36,852 nt of DNA. Source: a virus. Location of the stretch: positions 1 to 36,852 of IMG/VR virus record IMGVR_UViG_3300009537_001787. The stretch is one strand, 5' to 3'. The translations under genes were made by a program, and so were the position numbers. Positions 1-9,285 of this stretch are shown piece by piece; the first letter of the stretch is position 1, and every line of letters starts with the position of its first letter. The notes under the pieces are model-generated. The model did no database searches. It saw only the letters and a program-made list of their open reading frames with translations, and was not told where the DNA came from.

Positions 1-99
1 TACCGGGAGTTCAAGGCGAAGATGGCTGAGTCCACGAACAATAAAGTATTCTACCGTGGGGTCCGTTAGTGGCTCACTACAACACAAAGAACTTTGCAG
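1..99. repeat. Terminal overlap, copy 1 (identical to 36754-36852); the contig closes on itself
   Basis: nt 1-99 (taccgggagttcaagg...actttgcag) reappear identically at 36754-36852. ORF 36415-36822 and the GTG start of the tail-fibre gene read seamlessly through the junction. Confidence 0.95.
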
Positions 100-3000
100 A
101 GACCACCCTCTCATCGGGAGTAACGGCAGCAGCCACCACCATCCCTGTTGCTGATGCTACCCTGCTTCCTTCTGCTCCTTTTGTCCTGCTTCTGACTGAC
201 GGGAATAATGTAGAGCTATGCACTGTCTCTGCTGTATCGTCCAATAATCTGACAGCGGCTCGTGCTGCTTTTGGAACTTCTGCTGCTGCCTGGGACTCGG
301 GAGATACGGCGGCTGCTCCGATAGCAGCTACCCATATTGACCAGTTGCAGCACCCAGTTGAAGCTATTGTCTGGGATGCAGGCATTGCCGTTACCTCTAC
401 TGAGTACAGCTTCGGACGTGACGATTCTACTGTCATGCGCTCCAACGTACCAACAGGAGCTACCCACGTCTGGAGCATCAATGCTGTAACAGAGGTAACC
501 TTTGACACTGGAGGAGTGAACGTAGCTACTGGCAACGACTACGAGATAGGTGGCACTTCGGTGCTGAATGCCACTACTCTTGGGTCTGGGGTAGTCAACT
601 CTTCTCTGACTGGGGTAGGAATATTAGCCAGTCCAGTCCTGACCACTCCCCAGATTAATGATACATCTGCGGATCACCAGTACGTATTTGCTGTCAGCGA
701 GCTAACGGCTGATAGAACTGTGACCTTGCCTCTGCTGACTGGCAATGACGAGTTTGTATTCAAAGACTTCACCCAAACTCTGACTAACAAGACCCTTACC
801 AGTCCTACTCTAGTTACTCCAGCCTTGGGGACTCCTGCTTCTGGTGTAGCCACTAACTTAACAGGAACAGCCGCTGGGCTAACGGCTGGCAACGTAACCA
901 CTAACGCCAATCTTACTGGGCATGTAACCTCAGTAGGCAATGCGGCTGTATTGGGCTCATTCACCTCTGCCCAATTAGCAACTGCTCTGACCAACGAGAC
1001 CGGAACTGGGGTAGCAGTCTTTGATACTTCGCCCACTTTCACCACAGGAATAACCCTGACTGGTCGGTTTATAGCCAGCGCAGCAGCCTTCGCCTTCCAG
1101 GAAGCTACTACTATCTCTACCACCACCGGGGATCTGACTCTCAGTCCTACGGGGGAGCTTAAAGTTACTCAAACTAATACAGGGACTGGCGCATTTCAAT
1201 TAATAGAATCTAAGTTGACGTTAGATCCAGCATCTTCTCAGACAGGTAATGTCCGGGGGTTAACGTCAAGCCTATTGACAAAGAGTGGCAATGCCCAAAC
1301 ATTCACTACATTACGTGCGCTAGGCTTTTTGATTAATCATCAAGGAACAAACACAGTAGTAACAGCACAGGGGGTTAATGGAGAAGTTCAACTTAGTTCC
1401 ACTGGAAATATAACTACTGGATCAGCGGTTCAAGGCACTGTACTCTTCGGAAGCGGCTCAGCGGGCATCTTTTCCAATGCTAGAGCTTTTAGTGCTACTT
1501 TGAACTTTTCTAATATGGGTGCTGTTACGACTCCTACCGCTAGAGGGTTTTTCTCTTCGATAGTCGGACCAGGGAATGCTTCAGGCGTAGTAACTAACGC
1601 AAGGCATATTGAGGTATCAAATGCCTCTTCAGTAACAGGTACTATTACAAATCAATATGGACTTTATATCCCTACATTATCAGCAGCTACCAATGATTAT
1701 GGGATTTATATCCAGGGGGCAGATACTTACGCTTTATGGGTTGACTCGGGGACAGTAAGATTAGATGGCGCAGTAGTAGGAGCTACAGGAGCAGGTTACA
1801 TACTCTCGTCAGGAGCACAAGCCTTCCAGGAAGCTACTACTATCTCTACCACTGCGGGAGACTTAACTCTCAACCCTACAACTGATGTAGTTCTGCCAGA
1901 TAATAAGGCTGCTGCTTTCGGAACGGGCAGCGATTCCCGGATCTACTACGATGGCACGGATACTTTTTGGGACCTGAGAGCAACTGGCACCGGCGATCTG
2001 ATGATTGCTTTAGAAGCAAGCTTCCCTAGCCCTGATCCAGGAATTGTACATATCTGGGCAGGTAGCGCCGGAGCTGTTGCTTCGGCAACAGCCTCATTAT
2101 TAACTCTTGAAGATAACGGAAACACCTTCATCAATATGCTGACTCCGTCCAATGGATATAGTGGTACCAAGTTTGGTGACGTAGACGATAATGATACCGG
2201 GCAGTTTCGATACTTTCATACTAATGATCAGTTTCAGTGGCTTATGGGAGGAATTAATAGGCTCTTCTACTCCGCAAATTCATTAGCCTTCCAGGAAGCT
2301 ACCAATATCTCCACCACGGCAGGAGCCTTAACTCTCAGCCCTACAACTGACGTAGTTATTCCAGATAATAAGGCTGCTGCCTTCGGAACGGGCAGCGATT
2401 CCCGTATCTACTATGATGGTACGGATACTTTCTGGGATCTAAGAGCAGCCGGTACCGGCGATCTGATGATCGGGTTAGCTGCAAGCTTTCCTAGTCCTGA
2501 CCCCACCTCTGTGCATATCTGGGGAGGATCTGCTGGAACAGTAAACGCCCATGCGTCGGCAAAACTAATTATCGAACATTCTGCAACTACCTATTTGCAA
2601 TTGTTAGCGCCCACCGGATTTACTACAGGCATTCTTTTTGGAACCAACGCATCCAATTCACGTACATATATTGTTCATGATTCAGCAGGCGATAGATTAA
2701 AATTTTATATTGCAGGAGGATCTCGTTTATTCTACTCCGCAGCAGCCTTCGCCTTCCAGGAAGCAACCACTATCTCTACCACGACGGGGAACCTGACGCT
2801 GAGCCCTACTTCTAATGTTGTCCTATCTAATGGGACAAGCTTCAATATGGAAGAGGAGATTGTCTTTACTGCTGAAGGCCCGGCCATTACTGGCACCCAG
2901 CACTCCATTGGGCGGATTGGCGAGGATGCTCTTGCTATCAACGTGCCCTTGGATAAATTAATCGCTTTTTATGCCAACGGTGTGTATTTGGGAACTATTG

Positions 3001-3251
3001 GCAAGGATGCAACAACTGGTGGTTATATGGAGATTGAGAATATTGATGCCAGCAATACCCTCAATCCTCTGAACCTGACGGGGAATGCCAGTATCAATGC
3101 CAAGTCCGAATTGATTTGTGAAGCCCAACTGAGATTGTTGATTACCGACACTGACGGGACCACAGAAGGGCAGATCTGGTACGATGCGTCCGAAGATAAG
3201 CTCAAGTTCAAGACCGCCGCCGGAGTAGAAACCATAACCTCATCAGCATAA
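69..3251 (+). CDS. Tail fibre / receptor-binding protein with internal repeat modules
   Basis: 1060-aa ORF whose GTG start overlaps the previous stop (TAGTG). It is rich in G/T/S/A/N, like phage fibres. The motif AFQEATTISTTxGxLTLSPT occurs four times (nt 1092, 1821, 2286, 2751), and the gene sits beside other tail genes. Confidence 0.8.
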   Translation: MAHYNTKNFAETTLSSGVTAAATTIPVADATLLPSAPFVLLLTDGNNVELCTVSAVSSNNLTAARAAFGTSAAAWDSGDTAAAPIAATHIDQLQHPVEAIVWDAGIAVTSTEYSFGRDDSTVMRSNVPTGATHVWSINAVTEVTFDTGGVNVATGNDYEIGGTSVLNATTLGSGVVNSSLTGVGILASPVLTTPQINDTSADHQYVFAVSELTADRTVTLPLLTGNDEFVFKDFTQTLTNKTLTSPTLVTPALGTPASGVATNLTGTAAGLTAGNVTTNANLTGHVTSVGNAAVLGSFTSAQLATALTNETGTGVAVFDTSPTFTTGITLTGRFIASAAAFAFQEATTISTTTGDLTLSPTGELKVTQTNTGTGAFQLIESKLTLDPASSQTGNVRGLTSSLLTKSGNAQTFTTLRALGFLINHQGTNTVVTAQGVNGEVQLSSTGNITTGSAVQGTVLFGSGSAGIFSNARAFSATLNFSNMGAVTTPTARGFFSSIVGPGNASGVVTNARHIEVSNASSVTGTITNQYGLYIPTLSAATNDYGIYIQGADTYALWVDSGTVRLDGAVVGATGAGYILSSGAQAFQEATTISTTAGDLTLNPTTDVVLPDNKAAAFGTGSDSRIYYDGTDTFWDLRATGTGDLMIALEASFPSPDPGIVHIWAGSAGAVASATASLLTLEDNGNTFINMLTPSNGYSGTKFGDVDDNDTGQFRYFHTNDQFQWLMGGINRLFYSANSLAFQEATNISTTAGALTLSPTTDVVIPDNKAAAFGTGSDSRIYYDGTDTFWDLRAAGTGDLMIGLAASFPSPDPTSVHIWGGSAGTVNAHASAKLIIEHSATTYLQLLAPTGFTTGILFGTNASNSRTYIVHDSAGDRLKFYIAGGSRLFYSAAAFAFQEATTISTTTGNLTLSPTSNVVLSNGTSFNMEEEIVFTAEGPAITGTQHSIGRIGEDALAINVPLDKLIAFYANGVYLGTIGKDATTGGYMEIENIDASNTLNPLNLTGNASINAKSELICEAQLRLLITDTDGTTEGQIWYDASEDKLKFKTAAGVETITSSA
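1821..2750 (+). repeat. Two tandem 465-bp (155-aa) modules inside the tail-fibre gene
   Basis: gccttccaggaagc anchors lie at 1821, 2286 and 2751. The first ~225 nt of each module (AFQEAT..PDNKAAAFGTGSDSRIYYDGTDTFWDLRA.GTGDLMI..ASFPSPDP) are near-identical, and the rest has diverged. Confidence 0.85.
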
Positions 3252-3262
3252 GGAGATACTAT

Positions 3263-3463
3263 ATGGCCGTAACCGATACCCAGATCAAGAACGTATTCAA
3301 CATCAACGATGCCCAGCTAGCACGGGTGTATGCCTGGCTAGGGGATACCAGAGGCATCGAGGGCACCGTGACTGCTGATGATCTGATAGCTGCTATCAGG
3401 CAGACTCTTAAAGAGCAGGTCATTAGCTACGAACGCACCCAGGCATCCGTGGTATTTGATTAG
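3263..3463 (+). CDS. Hypothetical protein (66 aa)
   Basis: ATG preceded by AAGGAGA, co-oriented and tightly packed after the fibre gene. Confidence 0.6.
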   Translation: MAVTDTQIKNVFNINDAQLARVYAWLGDTRGIEGTVTADDLIAAIRQTLKEQVISYERTQASVVFD

Positions 3464-3473
3464 AGGTGGAAGT

Positions 3474-3665
3474 ATGGAACCGATGACACCGACTCCCGAG
3501 GATCTTAACCGGCTGTTGCAGGAGAATCCTATTGCAATGCAAGAGCTTCGTGCCATCATTGCTGAGAGGCTCTTGAGAGAGGCCATGGAAACGATAGCCA
3601 AGGGAACCAATGGGAAAGTCCCAGACGAAGAAGAGTGGGCTGAGACCATTGACGTAGGGAGTTAG
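3474..3665 (+). CDS. Hypothetical protein (63 aa)
   Basis: The ORF track starts at TTG 3456. ATG 3474 is preceded by GAGGTGGA and avoids overlap with the previous gene. Confidence 0.55.
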   Translation: MEPMTPTPEDLNRLLQENPIAMQELRAIIAERLLREAMETIAKGTNGKVPDEEEWAETIDVGS

Positions 3666-3669
3666 CCCT

Positions 3670-3933
3670 GTGGCTGCTGTCACTCCCACAATACTGGGCA
3701 CAGCTATCTATGGCAGGGCTCGTTACGCAGCGACACGTCCTCCCATAGCATCAGCTATCAGTGACATCGTTGCGTTTCTCGGAGTACGCACCTTTGAGGC
3801 TCTGTTGAGCGTGAGGTCCATGCTCATATTTTCACCAGACAGAACATTCCAGTCGGAGGCAGCAGAGCGGAGTATGCTTAACTTCTCTCCTGAAAGGACA
3901 ATCAAATCTGATTTAAGGCCACGCCGTAGATGA
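3670..3933 (+). CDS. Hypothetical protein (87 aa) with an internal duplicated motif
   Basis: GTG start with GGGAG upstream. It contains the duplicated RSMLIFSPDRTFQSE / RSMLNFSPERTIKSD and ends in an ATGA overlap with the next gene. An antisense ORF at 3723-3998 competes with it. Confidence 0.45.
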   Translation: MAAVTPTILGTAIYGRARYAATRPPIASAISDIVAFLGVRTFEALLSVRSMLIFSPDRTFQSEAAERSMLNFSPERTIKSDLRPRRR

Positions 3934-4247
3934 GTTCGATAGAAGCAAGATACCCTCAAGGGCCTCTGAAGCAGACTGCGACAGAGATACGTGCTCATGC
4001 TATTGACGTGAGCAACTGGACTCTGACACCCACCTCACCAGGGGTGACGGAGGTGATAGACGAGTCCGACGGGAGCGATGTCATAGGAACGGTGATGCCA
4101 GTCAACACTCCCACGGTCACCAATTCCATCATTACTCTGTCTCCTCTCAAGCTGCTGACTGCAGGCAAGTTCTACCGGGTGGAAGTGTACTTTACGGGGG
4201 ATAACTCAGACCGTCTGGAGTTCCATATCCGAGTGGAGGGGATCTAA
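3930..4247 (+). CDS. Hypothetical virion-module protein (105 aa)
   Basis: ATGA overlap with the upstream gene; its stop is immediately followed by the next ATG; the composition is beta-rich. Confidence 0.6.
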   Translation: MSSIEARYPQGPLKQTATEIRAHAIDVSNWTLTPTSPGVTEVIDESDGSDVIGTVMPVNTPTVTNSIITLSPLKLLTAGKFYRVEVYFTGDNSDRLEFHIRVEGI

Positions 4248-5501
4248 ATGCCTGTTATTGGACTGACATGGAAGCAGGTACGGACACAGGTTGCACGGAA
4301 CCTGATGGGGGAGAGCTTTGTGGCCTCGGCTCCTACCTATGCAGGTAGCACTACTACCATCATCGACAACAAGCTGCGCCATGTGGAGCCCGGCTCCTGG
4401 GTGCTGGGAACGGGCGGGACTATTGATGGTGACCTGGCGAGGGTGGACTCCTTTGAGCCATCGGGCCACACCATCAAGGTAGAGCCTGCCCTCTCTGCGG
4501 CCACAGCAACCAGCCATACCTACGAGATATACGACTCCCGGTATCCCCCTGCCTTGCTGATGGACTTTGCTAACCAGGCTATTGACCGTGCGGCTGGCAG
4601 GTTCTATGCCAGGGAGGAGAGCGTAGCTCTGCATGGGGACGGCGCCCAGTTGCGCTACGACCTGCCCTCCGAGTTTGCCATGGTAGATAAAATTGAATAT
4701 CGTAAAAGAGTTTCCAGTAAGGAGGTACACGCCTGTGATAAAGTTTTCGATGAAGCAACTGACAGTGACATTACAATCGCCATTGATACTGAAATTAAGA
4801 AAAGAGGCTCCTCGTCAATTCGTTTCACCGTTGGGGCTGGGGTATCGAACGGAGACCTGGTCTCAGACTCCATATCAAGCACGGACTATTCCTTCGGGGA
4901 CACTCTCGAAGGATGGGTAAAGTGCACTACTGCCCTGGCTAGTGGTGATCTGAATATTCTGCTGGACAACACAGCCAGTTGCGCCTCTCCGGTAGAGACT
5001 CTGACTGTGCCAGCCATTGCTGCTGATACCTGGACTTACTTCCGGGTATCCCTGGCCACGCCGGAACTTTGTACTGCCATCATCAGTGTGGGGCTGGAGT
5101 ATAACGCCAATGCCGGGGCCAACACTATCTGGCTGGACCGTCTGTCGGTAGTAGCCAATGACACCGCAGAGTGGGAGAAGTTATCCAAGCGGTCCTGGTC
5201 CCTGGACCGGGAGGGGAACGACATCATCTTCACCAGAGACGGGGCCAACCAGATCGGGTATGCCCTGCTCAAGATATCAGGAGGCAGCTATCCAACCAGG
5301 GTAACAGGGGACACGTCGGTGCTGGACATCCCAGAACAATACATAGTTAATGCCACCACTGCCTTTGCCTTGATGGGCAACTCAATGGGCCGGGAGAACG
5401 ACCCCGAGGATAGACGAGGGATGTCTGCCTACTGGGTCGGCGCCTTTGCAGAGGCAGAAAGGAAGTTCCCTAGAATGCAGAACGCCAGGAAGATTGACTA
5501 G
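4248..5501 (+). CDS. Tail/virion structural protein (417 aa) with a central beta-sandwich (carbohydrate-binding-like) insert
   Basis: Long ORF in the tail block. The central segment (SSSIRFTVGAGVSNGDL...LEGWVKCTTALASGDLNILLDN...WTYFRVSL...IWLDRLSVV) has the pattern of CBM/galactose-binding-like domains. The function is positional only. Confidence 0.6.
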   Translation: MPVIGLTWKQVRTQVARNLMGESFVASAPTYAGSTTTIIDNKLRHVEPGSWVLGTGGTIDGDLARVDSFEPSGHTIKVEPALSAATATSHTYEIYDSRYPPALLMDFANQAIDRAAGRFYAREESVALHGDGAQLRYDLPSEFAMVDKIEYRKRVSSKEVHACDKVFDEATDSDITIAIDTEIKKRGSSSIRFTVGAGVSNGDLVSDSISSTDYSFGDTLEGWVKCTTALASGDLNILLDNTASCASPVETLTVPAIAADTWTYFRVSLATPELCTAIISVGLEYNANAGANTIWLDRLSVVANDTAEWEKLSKRSWSLDREGNDIIFTRDGANQIGYALLKISGGSYPTRVTGDTSVLDIPEQYIVNATTAFALMGNSMGRENDPEDRRGMSAYWVGAFAEAERKFPRMQNARKID

Positions 5502-7372
5502 TGGTAACCAGAGTAGAGCGTCGCAACGAGATATTCCTGGGAGGCACCCGGTTCCATATCAAGGGTGCCATCCAGTCCGAGATGATATCCGTCTTTCCTG
5601 CCAAGGTCACGATTGGAGACATCACCAAAGACTCGCAGCCCAGAGCTTCTCTCCTGGGCCTGTCCGACTGGCGCAGCGGGATAGGTCTCTACAGGTCTGA
5701 GGCAGCAGCCACTGTTGATAGGGCATGGTGGTCTACCCTGGACCTCCGGCACAAGAATAACCTGGTCCTACAGAGGCTGGCTAACATTACCGCAGCGGGG
5801 CCAGCTACTGACATCGGCATTCTCGTAGAGTTTAACGATGCCATCTACGCCAGCTTCGGTAACAGTCTGAGGAAGTACGATAACGGGGGAGACAACTGGA
5901 CCACCGTAGCTCATACCCTGCCGGGGACAGCCACCGATGCTCTTGTGGTGAGGCTACAGGGGACTGTCTACTTTATTGTCGCCCATACCACAGGGTATTC
6001 GTACTCCTCTGACGGGACTACCTGGGTGGACGATACCGAGGACATGATTTACCTGGCCTACTGGGACGAGAAAGTTTGGGGCATCGACGAGACAGGGCAG
6101 TTGAAGTTCAGCACCTTCATTGATGTGGGAACCTGGGCTAATGACGCCCAGTTGCCCCTGCCCAATGGGTATGCTACCGACCTGTTCGAGGGGAAGGACA
6201 CCTCTGGCAACTCGATACTGCTCTGCATGACCAGGTCCGGGCTGTATGCCCACAACTTTGACACTGGCAAGTTCGAGGCCACCCAGTTCACGCTGCCCCG
6301 GCACCCCAACAACGGCAAGGGGACTACCAGGTGGCGAGACAACCTTTACATCCCTGCTGGCAACGCAGTGTACCGCTACACGGACGGTACCAGCAGTGCT
6401 GTGGTCAGTATTGTCGGGCCTGACAAGGATGATGGGCTGCCTTCGGCTGCCAGGGGGACCATCACGCAGCTTCTTTCGTCTCACAACGAACTGATAGCCC
6501 TGCTCGACACGACTACAGCGCCTGCTGCTGTGGATCTGTATGCAGGTGGCGAATCACCAGTAGTTGAGCCCAGCACCGGGATCAACTACGTGCTGGGGTG
6601 GGACGAGCTAGGCTGGCAGGTACTCTGGGATAGTGCCACGGCTGGGCAGGCTATGACCTACGGACTGGTAGCCTCTGCTTATGGCAGCACCTACCGTCTC
6701 TGGTGGGCTCACAACCAGCGGGTCTATTTTATGGACCTGGCTACGGACGTAACAAACCCTGACCAGCTAACCACCATTGACTATGCTGCATCCGGGACGC
6801 ACGAGACTCCCTGGTTCAACTTTGGTCAGGACGACATCGAGAAACTGGGTGCTGTACTTGACCTGGTGGTGGGGTCCATCACCACCACGGAGAAGATCAC
6901 CGTATCCTATGGGCTGGACTTGAGCACCACCTACACGGAAGCTGACGTGATTGATGTGCAGCCTACTGATGGGCACGTCAGGATCACCTTTCCCAGCGCT
7001 ACCCAGCCCAAGGGGATCAAGTTCCAATGGATCAGGTTCAAGTTTGACTTTGCCCGAGGGGGCACCACGACCTTGACCCCCAAGCTGCATGGGGCCAGCT
7101 TCACCTTCAGGAAGAAGCTCCCCCTGAAGTTGGGGTTTACCACCACCATTGACATGAACAACGACTCGGACGGGCTCAGCCCACAGGCTCAGCGATATGC
7201 TCTGCGTCGACTGATGGAAGAGGGGGAGTTGAAAGAGTTCACCTACCGGAGCGACACCATCGACAGTGACGAGTGGCGCACCTACTACGTGGACATCATC
7301 TCCGCCAGTAACATGGAGCGCACCGGGCTGGACGAGACAGGGGAGAGCCGCATCTCTCTGGCTGAGCTATGA
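5501..7372 (+). CDS. Large tail protein (623 aa), possibly nozzle/tail-tubular-B-like with a beta-propeller-like N-terminal half
   Basis: GTG start in a TAGTG overlap. W/Y/G-rich blade-like segments repeat. Size and position fit a podovirus tail hub protein, but no diagnostic motif was recognised. Confidence 0.6.
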   Translation: MVTRVERRNEIFLGGTRFHIKGAIQSEMISVFPAKVTIGDITKDSQPRASLLGLSDWRSGIGLYRSEAAATVDRAWWSTLDLRHKNNLVLQRLANITAAGPATDIGILVEFNDAIYASFGNSLRKYDNGGDNWTTVAHTLPGTATDALVVRLQGTVYFIVAHTTGYSYSSDGTTWVDDTEDMIYLAYWDEKVWGIDETGQLKFSTFIDVGTWANDAQLPLPNGYATDLFEGKDTSGNSILLCMTRSGLYAHNFDTGKFEATQFTLPRHPNNGKGTTRWRDNLYIPAGNAVYRYTDGTSSAVVSIVGPDKDDGLPSAARGTITQLLSSHNELIALLDTTTAPAAVDLYAGGESPVVEPSTGINYVLGWDELGWQVLWDSATAGQAMTYGLVASAYGSTYRLWWAHNQRVYFMDLATDVTNPDQLTTIDYAASGTHETPWFNFGQDDIEKLGAVLDLVVGSITTTEKITVSYGLDLSTTYTEADVIDVQPTDGHVRITFPSATQPKGIKFQWIRFKFDFARGGTTTLTPKLHGASFTFRKKLPLKLGFTTTIDMNNDSDGLSPQAQRYALRRLMEEGELKEFTYRSDTIDSDEWRTYYVDIISASNMERTGLDETGESRISLAEL

Positions 7373-7770
7373 CCATCCGGCAGATACCAGAACAGAGACC
7401 GCAGACAGCACCCGAGGGGTACGGTTCTGTCCCTGAGTACCTGGTGTATCAGGAGTTGCTGCGCCGGGGGAAGAAGCCTGGGGTAGACTTCATTTACCAA
7501 TCCAGGTTTTTTGGAATTAACGTAAAAGGGGCCATCGAGGTTGACTTTATCGTGAAGCCTGACCTGGCCCTGGCTGTGCAGGGCGTCTTCGTTCACTACA
7601 ACAGAGGGGCAGACCAGATAGGCAGGGACAAGTTCACTCGCATACAGCTAGCTGCCGAGGGACTCAAGGTAATCTTCCTGGACGAGGACCAGATCGAGGA
7701 GGATGTCCAGTTCTACGTTGGAGAGGCCCTGGCCTACCGTGATCATTCTAGAGCATCGAGGGGTTTGTAA
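7369..7770 (+). CDS. Small protein (133 aa) with a PD-(D/E)xK / Vsr-DUF559-like nuclease-fold pattern
   Basis: ATGA overlap upstream and TAATG downstream. The segment EVDFIVKPDLALAVQGVFVHYNRGADQIGRDKFTRIQLAAEGLKVIFLDED resembles the D..(A/V)xExDG..H...D..R...L...G..V core of DUF559/Vsr-type endonucleases, with Q in place of the usual E. Confidence 0.5.
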   Translation: MTIRQIPEQRPQTAPEGYGSVPEYLVYQELLRRGKKPGVDFIYQSRFFGINVKGAIEVDFIVKPDLALAVQGVFVHYNRGADQIGRDKFTRIQLAAEGLKVIFLDEDQIEEDVQFYVGEALAYRDHSRASRGL

Positions 7771-8339
7771 TGGCAGTCGCATTAGAGTACGCAGGTTTTC
7801 TTTATACCGATGCCGGGGTTGCGGTATCGGGAGCCACCGTAGAGCTTCTGGACAAGAACACGACCACCCCGGTCCGGGCCACCACAACCACTGACGCCAA
7901 CGGATACTGGGCTATCACCCATACCACGGCGGGGTCCTTTGATGTACGTATCACCAGCGGGGCCAGCATCCGGTGGATCAAGTTCGATGATGCCCGGCAG
8001 ATATCAAGCACCTTCGTGGGTAACTCCTTCAAAGTAGGGGCTGGCGATGAGCATGCCACCACAGCAGGGACGAACCTGGTGTCCATCTTTGATGGGACTG
8101 CTCCTGTCGGAACGCTGGCCAATGGGGTTTCTCTCTACTCCACCAGTGGGGAGTTGAGAGTGATGGACGCAGCAGGTAACGCTACCTTGCTGTCTCCTCA
8201 CGATGCTGAGACCAACGAGTGGATCTATCAGTCCAGGGATAACAACGGGAAAGTGTTGAGGGTGAACATGGAGAAGCTTGTCAAGAAGCTAGAGGAGGTA
8301 TTTGGCTGGGGCTTCGTCGAGGAGTTCCTTGATGATTGA
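7770..8339 (+). CDS. Tail-associated protein (189 aa) with an N-terminal carboxypeptidase-regulatory-like beta-sandwich
   Basis: YTDAGVAVSGATVELLDKNTTTPVRATTTTDANGYWAI matches the CarboxypepD_reg-like pattern common in phage tail/fibre proteins. It is the last gene of the + strand tail block. Confidence 0.6.
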   Translation: MAVALEYAGFLYTDAGVAVSGATVELLDKNTTTPVRATTTTDANGYWAITHTTAGSFDVRITSGASIRWIKFDDARQISSTFVGNSFKVGAGDEHATTAGTNLVSIFDGTAPVGTLANGVSLYSTSGELRVMDAAGNATLLSPHDAETNEWIYQSRDNNGKVLRVNMEKLVKKLEEVFGWGFVEEFLDD

Positions 8340-8557
8340 CCGTGAAGACGAGGTATTCTGCCATCATACTATGAAGTCTTCTCCCCGTCCGATGCCAACC
8401 TTGATGGACCCCTACAACTGTGCTCATTCCAGGTTCTGTACCGTGTGCGGCCTGGTCTTGTGCTGCGACTCCTGCAATACCCCACCCAGCAGTGCAGCGC
8501 CGGTGCTCCCCGTGAAGCTGCCGACGCCGCACCTGCTGGCTGAACTGGATCAGATTA

Positions 8558-9028
8558 TTATTGAGAAGCTGGAGCAGTCGGATCAGCAGTAATCTCAATT
8601 ACTCCATCGTTCGTCCAACTGTGCTCCTGAGCCCCGTACTCTTGGGTTAGGAGTATCGTCTCTACGCCCCTGATTGTGATGATGGTCGCTGCCTTCTTGT
8701 CATCAGCGTACCGGAAGCTATATTTCGGGAACCCGATGCACTCCAGGCAATCGTCCTTGATTACTCCGTGCCTGACCAGGGCATCCCAGATCGGCTTCAG
8801 GGTGGTCTGAAGGTTATCGGGATCACGGCGCCGCTTGTCGGGTAGAACGAACTCTACGGCCACTACAGCGCGTTCTAGAGGGGTTCCTGGTTTCCACCCG
8901 GCCTCCATCAATAGCATGTAGACATCATCATTGACCTGCTCCTGGACTTTATGGAGCACCATGTGGTGAGCCCGGCTGTTCCGGCTGAACTCCCTGGGCG
9001 GGAGGCCGGGGTAGATGAAGGTGACCAT
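8558..9028 (-). CDS. rusA: RusA-family Holliday-junction resolvase
   Basis: PDKRRRDPDNLQTTLKPIWDALVRHGVIKDDCLE matches the RusA catalytic-Asp signature (D.DN....K...D.L...G...DD). At 156 aa it carries a ~35-aa C-terminal extension. Confidence 0.85.
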   Translation of the reverse strand: MVTFIYPGLPPREFSRNSRAHHMVLHKVQEQVNDDVYMLLMEAGWKPGTPLERAVVAVEFVLPDKRRRDPDNLQTTLKPIWDALVRHGVIKDDCLECIGFPKYSFRYADDKKAATIITIRGVETILLTQEYGAQEHSWTNDGVIEITADPTAPASQ

Positions 9029-9285
9029 CAGAAAGGCCTGCTTGGTGTCCGAGGCCGGGGCAGCTTGAATGCGGCCCTCTTGCGGGAGATATCGCAGGCC
9101 TTGCAGACTCTCTGCTTCAGGTGGTCAGGGTTGTGCGATGCGTACCTCCCCGTTGAGATGGAAGTCCACCTCTCTCCCAGACAATCAGGGGATGTCTTGG
9201 AAGGACAGTCCACGTACCAGAACTTGGATGTGCTGGTCCTGCCTATCTTATCTCCGTAGGTGGAGTCACCCAGTTCAGGTTTCAT
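9028..9285 (-). CDS. Small Cys-containing (zinc-ribbon-like) protein (85 aa)
   Basis: ATG 9285 forms an ATGA overlap with the methyltransferase stop, whereas the track start 9327 would overlap it by 46 nt. The Cys pairs are YVDCP..PDC and VCKAC. Confidence 0.5.
   Translation of the reverse strand: MKPELGDSTYGDKIGRTSTSKFWYVDCPSKTSPDCLGERWTSISTGRYASHNPDHLKQRVCKACDISRKRAAFKLPRPRTPSRPF

Noticed and set aside
1-99. The 99-bp end repeats as prophage att sites or transposon ends
   Set aside because: There is no integrase or transposase, no flanking host genes, and ORFs continue in frame across the joined ends. Circular closure of a phage genome explains the repeats fully.
5954-6484. Antisense ORFs inside large + strand genes: 5954-6484, 6767-7090, 28759-29277, 31792-32514, 33409-34080 and 77-535
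   Set aside because: All lie fully within long co-directional structural genes, have no RBS, and translate to low-complexity sequence. They are treated as shadow ORFs.
8371-8592. Possible 73-aa Cys-rich + strand ORF (MKSSPRPMPTLMDPYNCAHSRFCTVCGLVLCCDSC...) in the convergent gap between the tail block and rusA
   Set aside because: It has no SD, it overlaps the 3-prime end of rusA by 35 nt, and an equally long antisense ORF (8281-8598) covers the same DNA. It is plausible but unsupported, so it was left unannotated.
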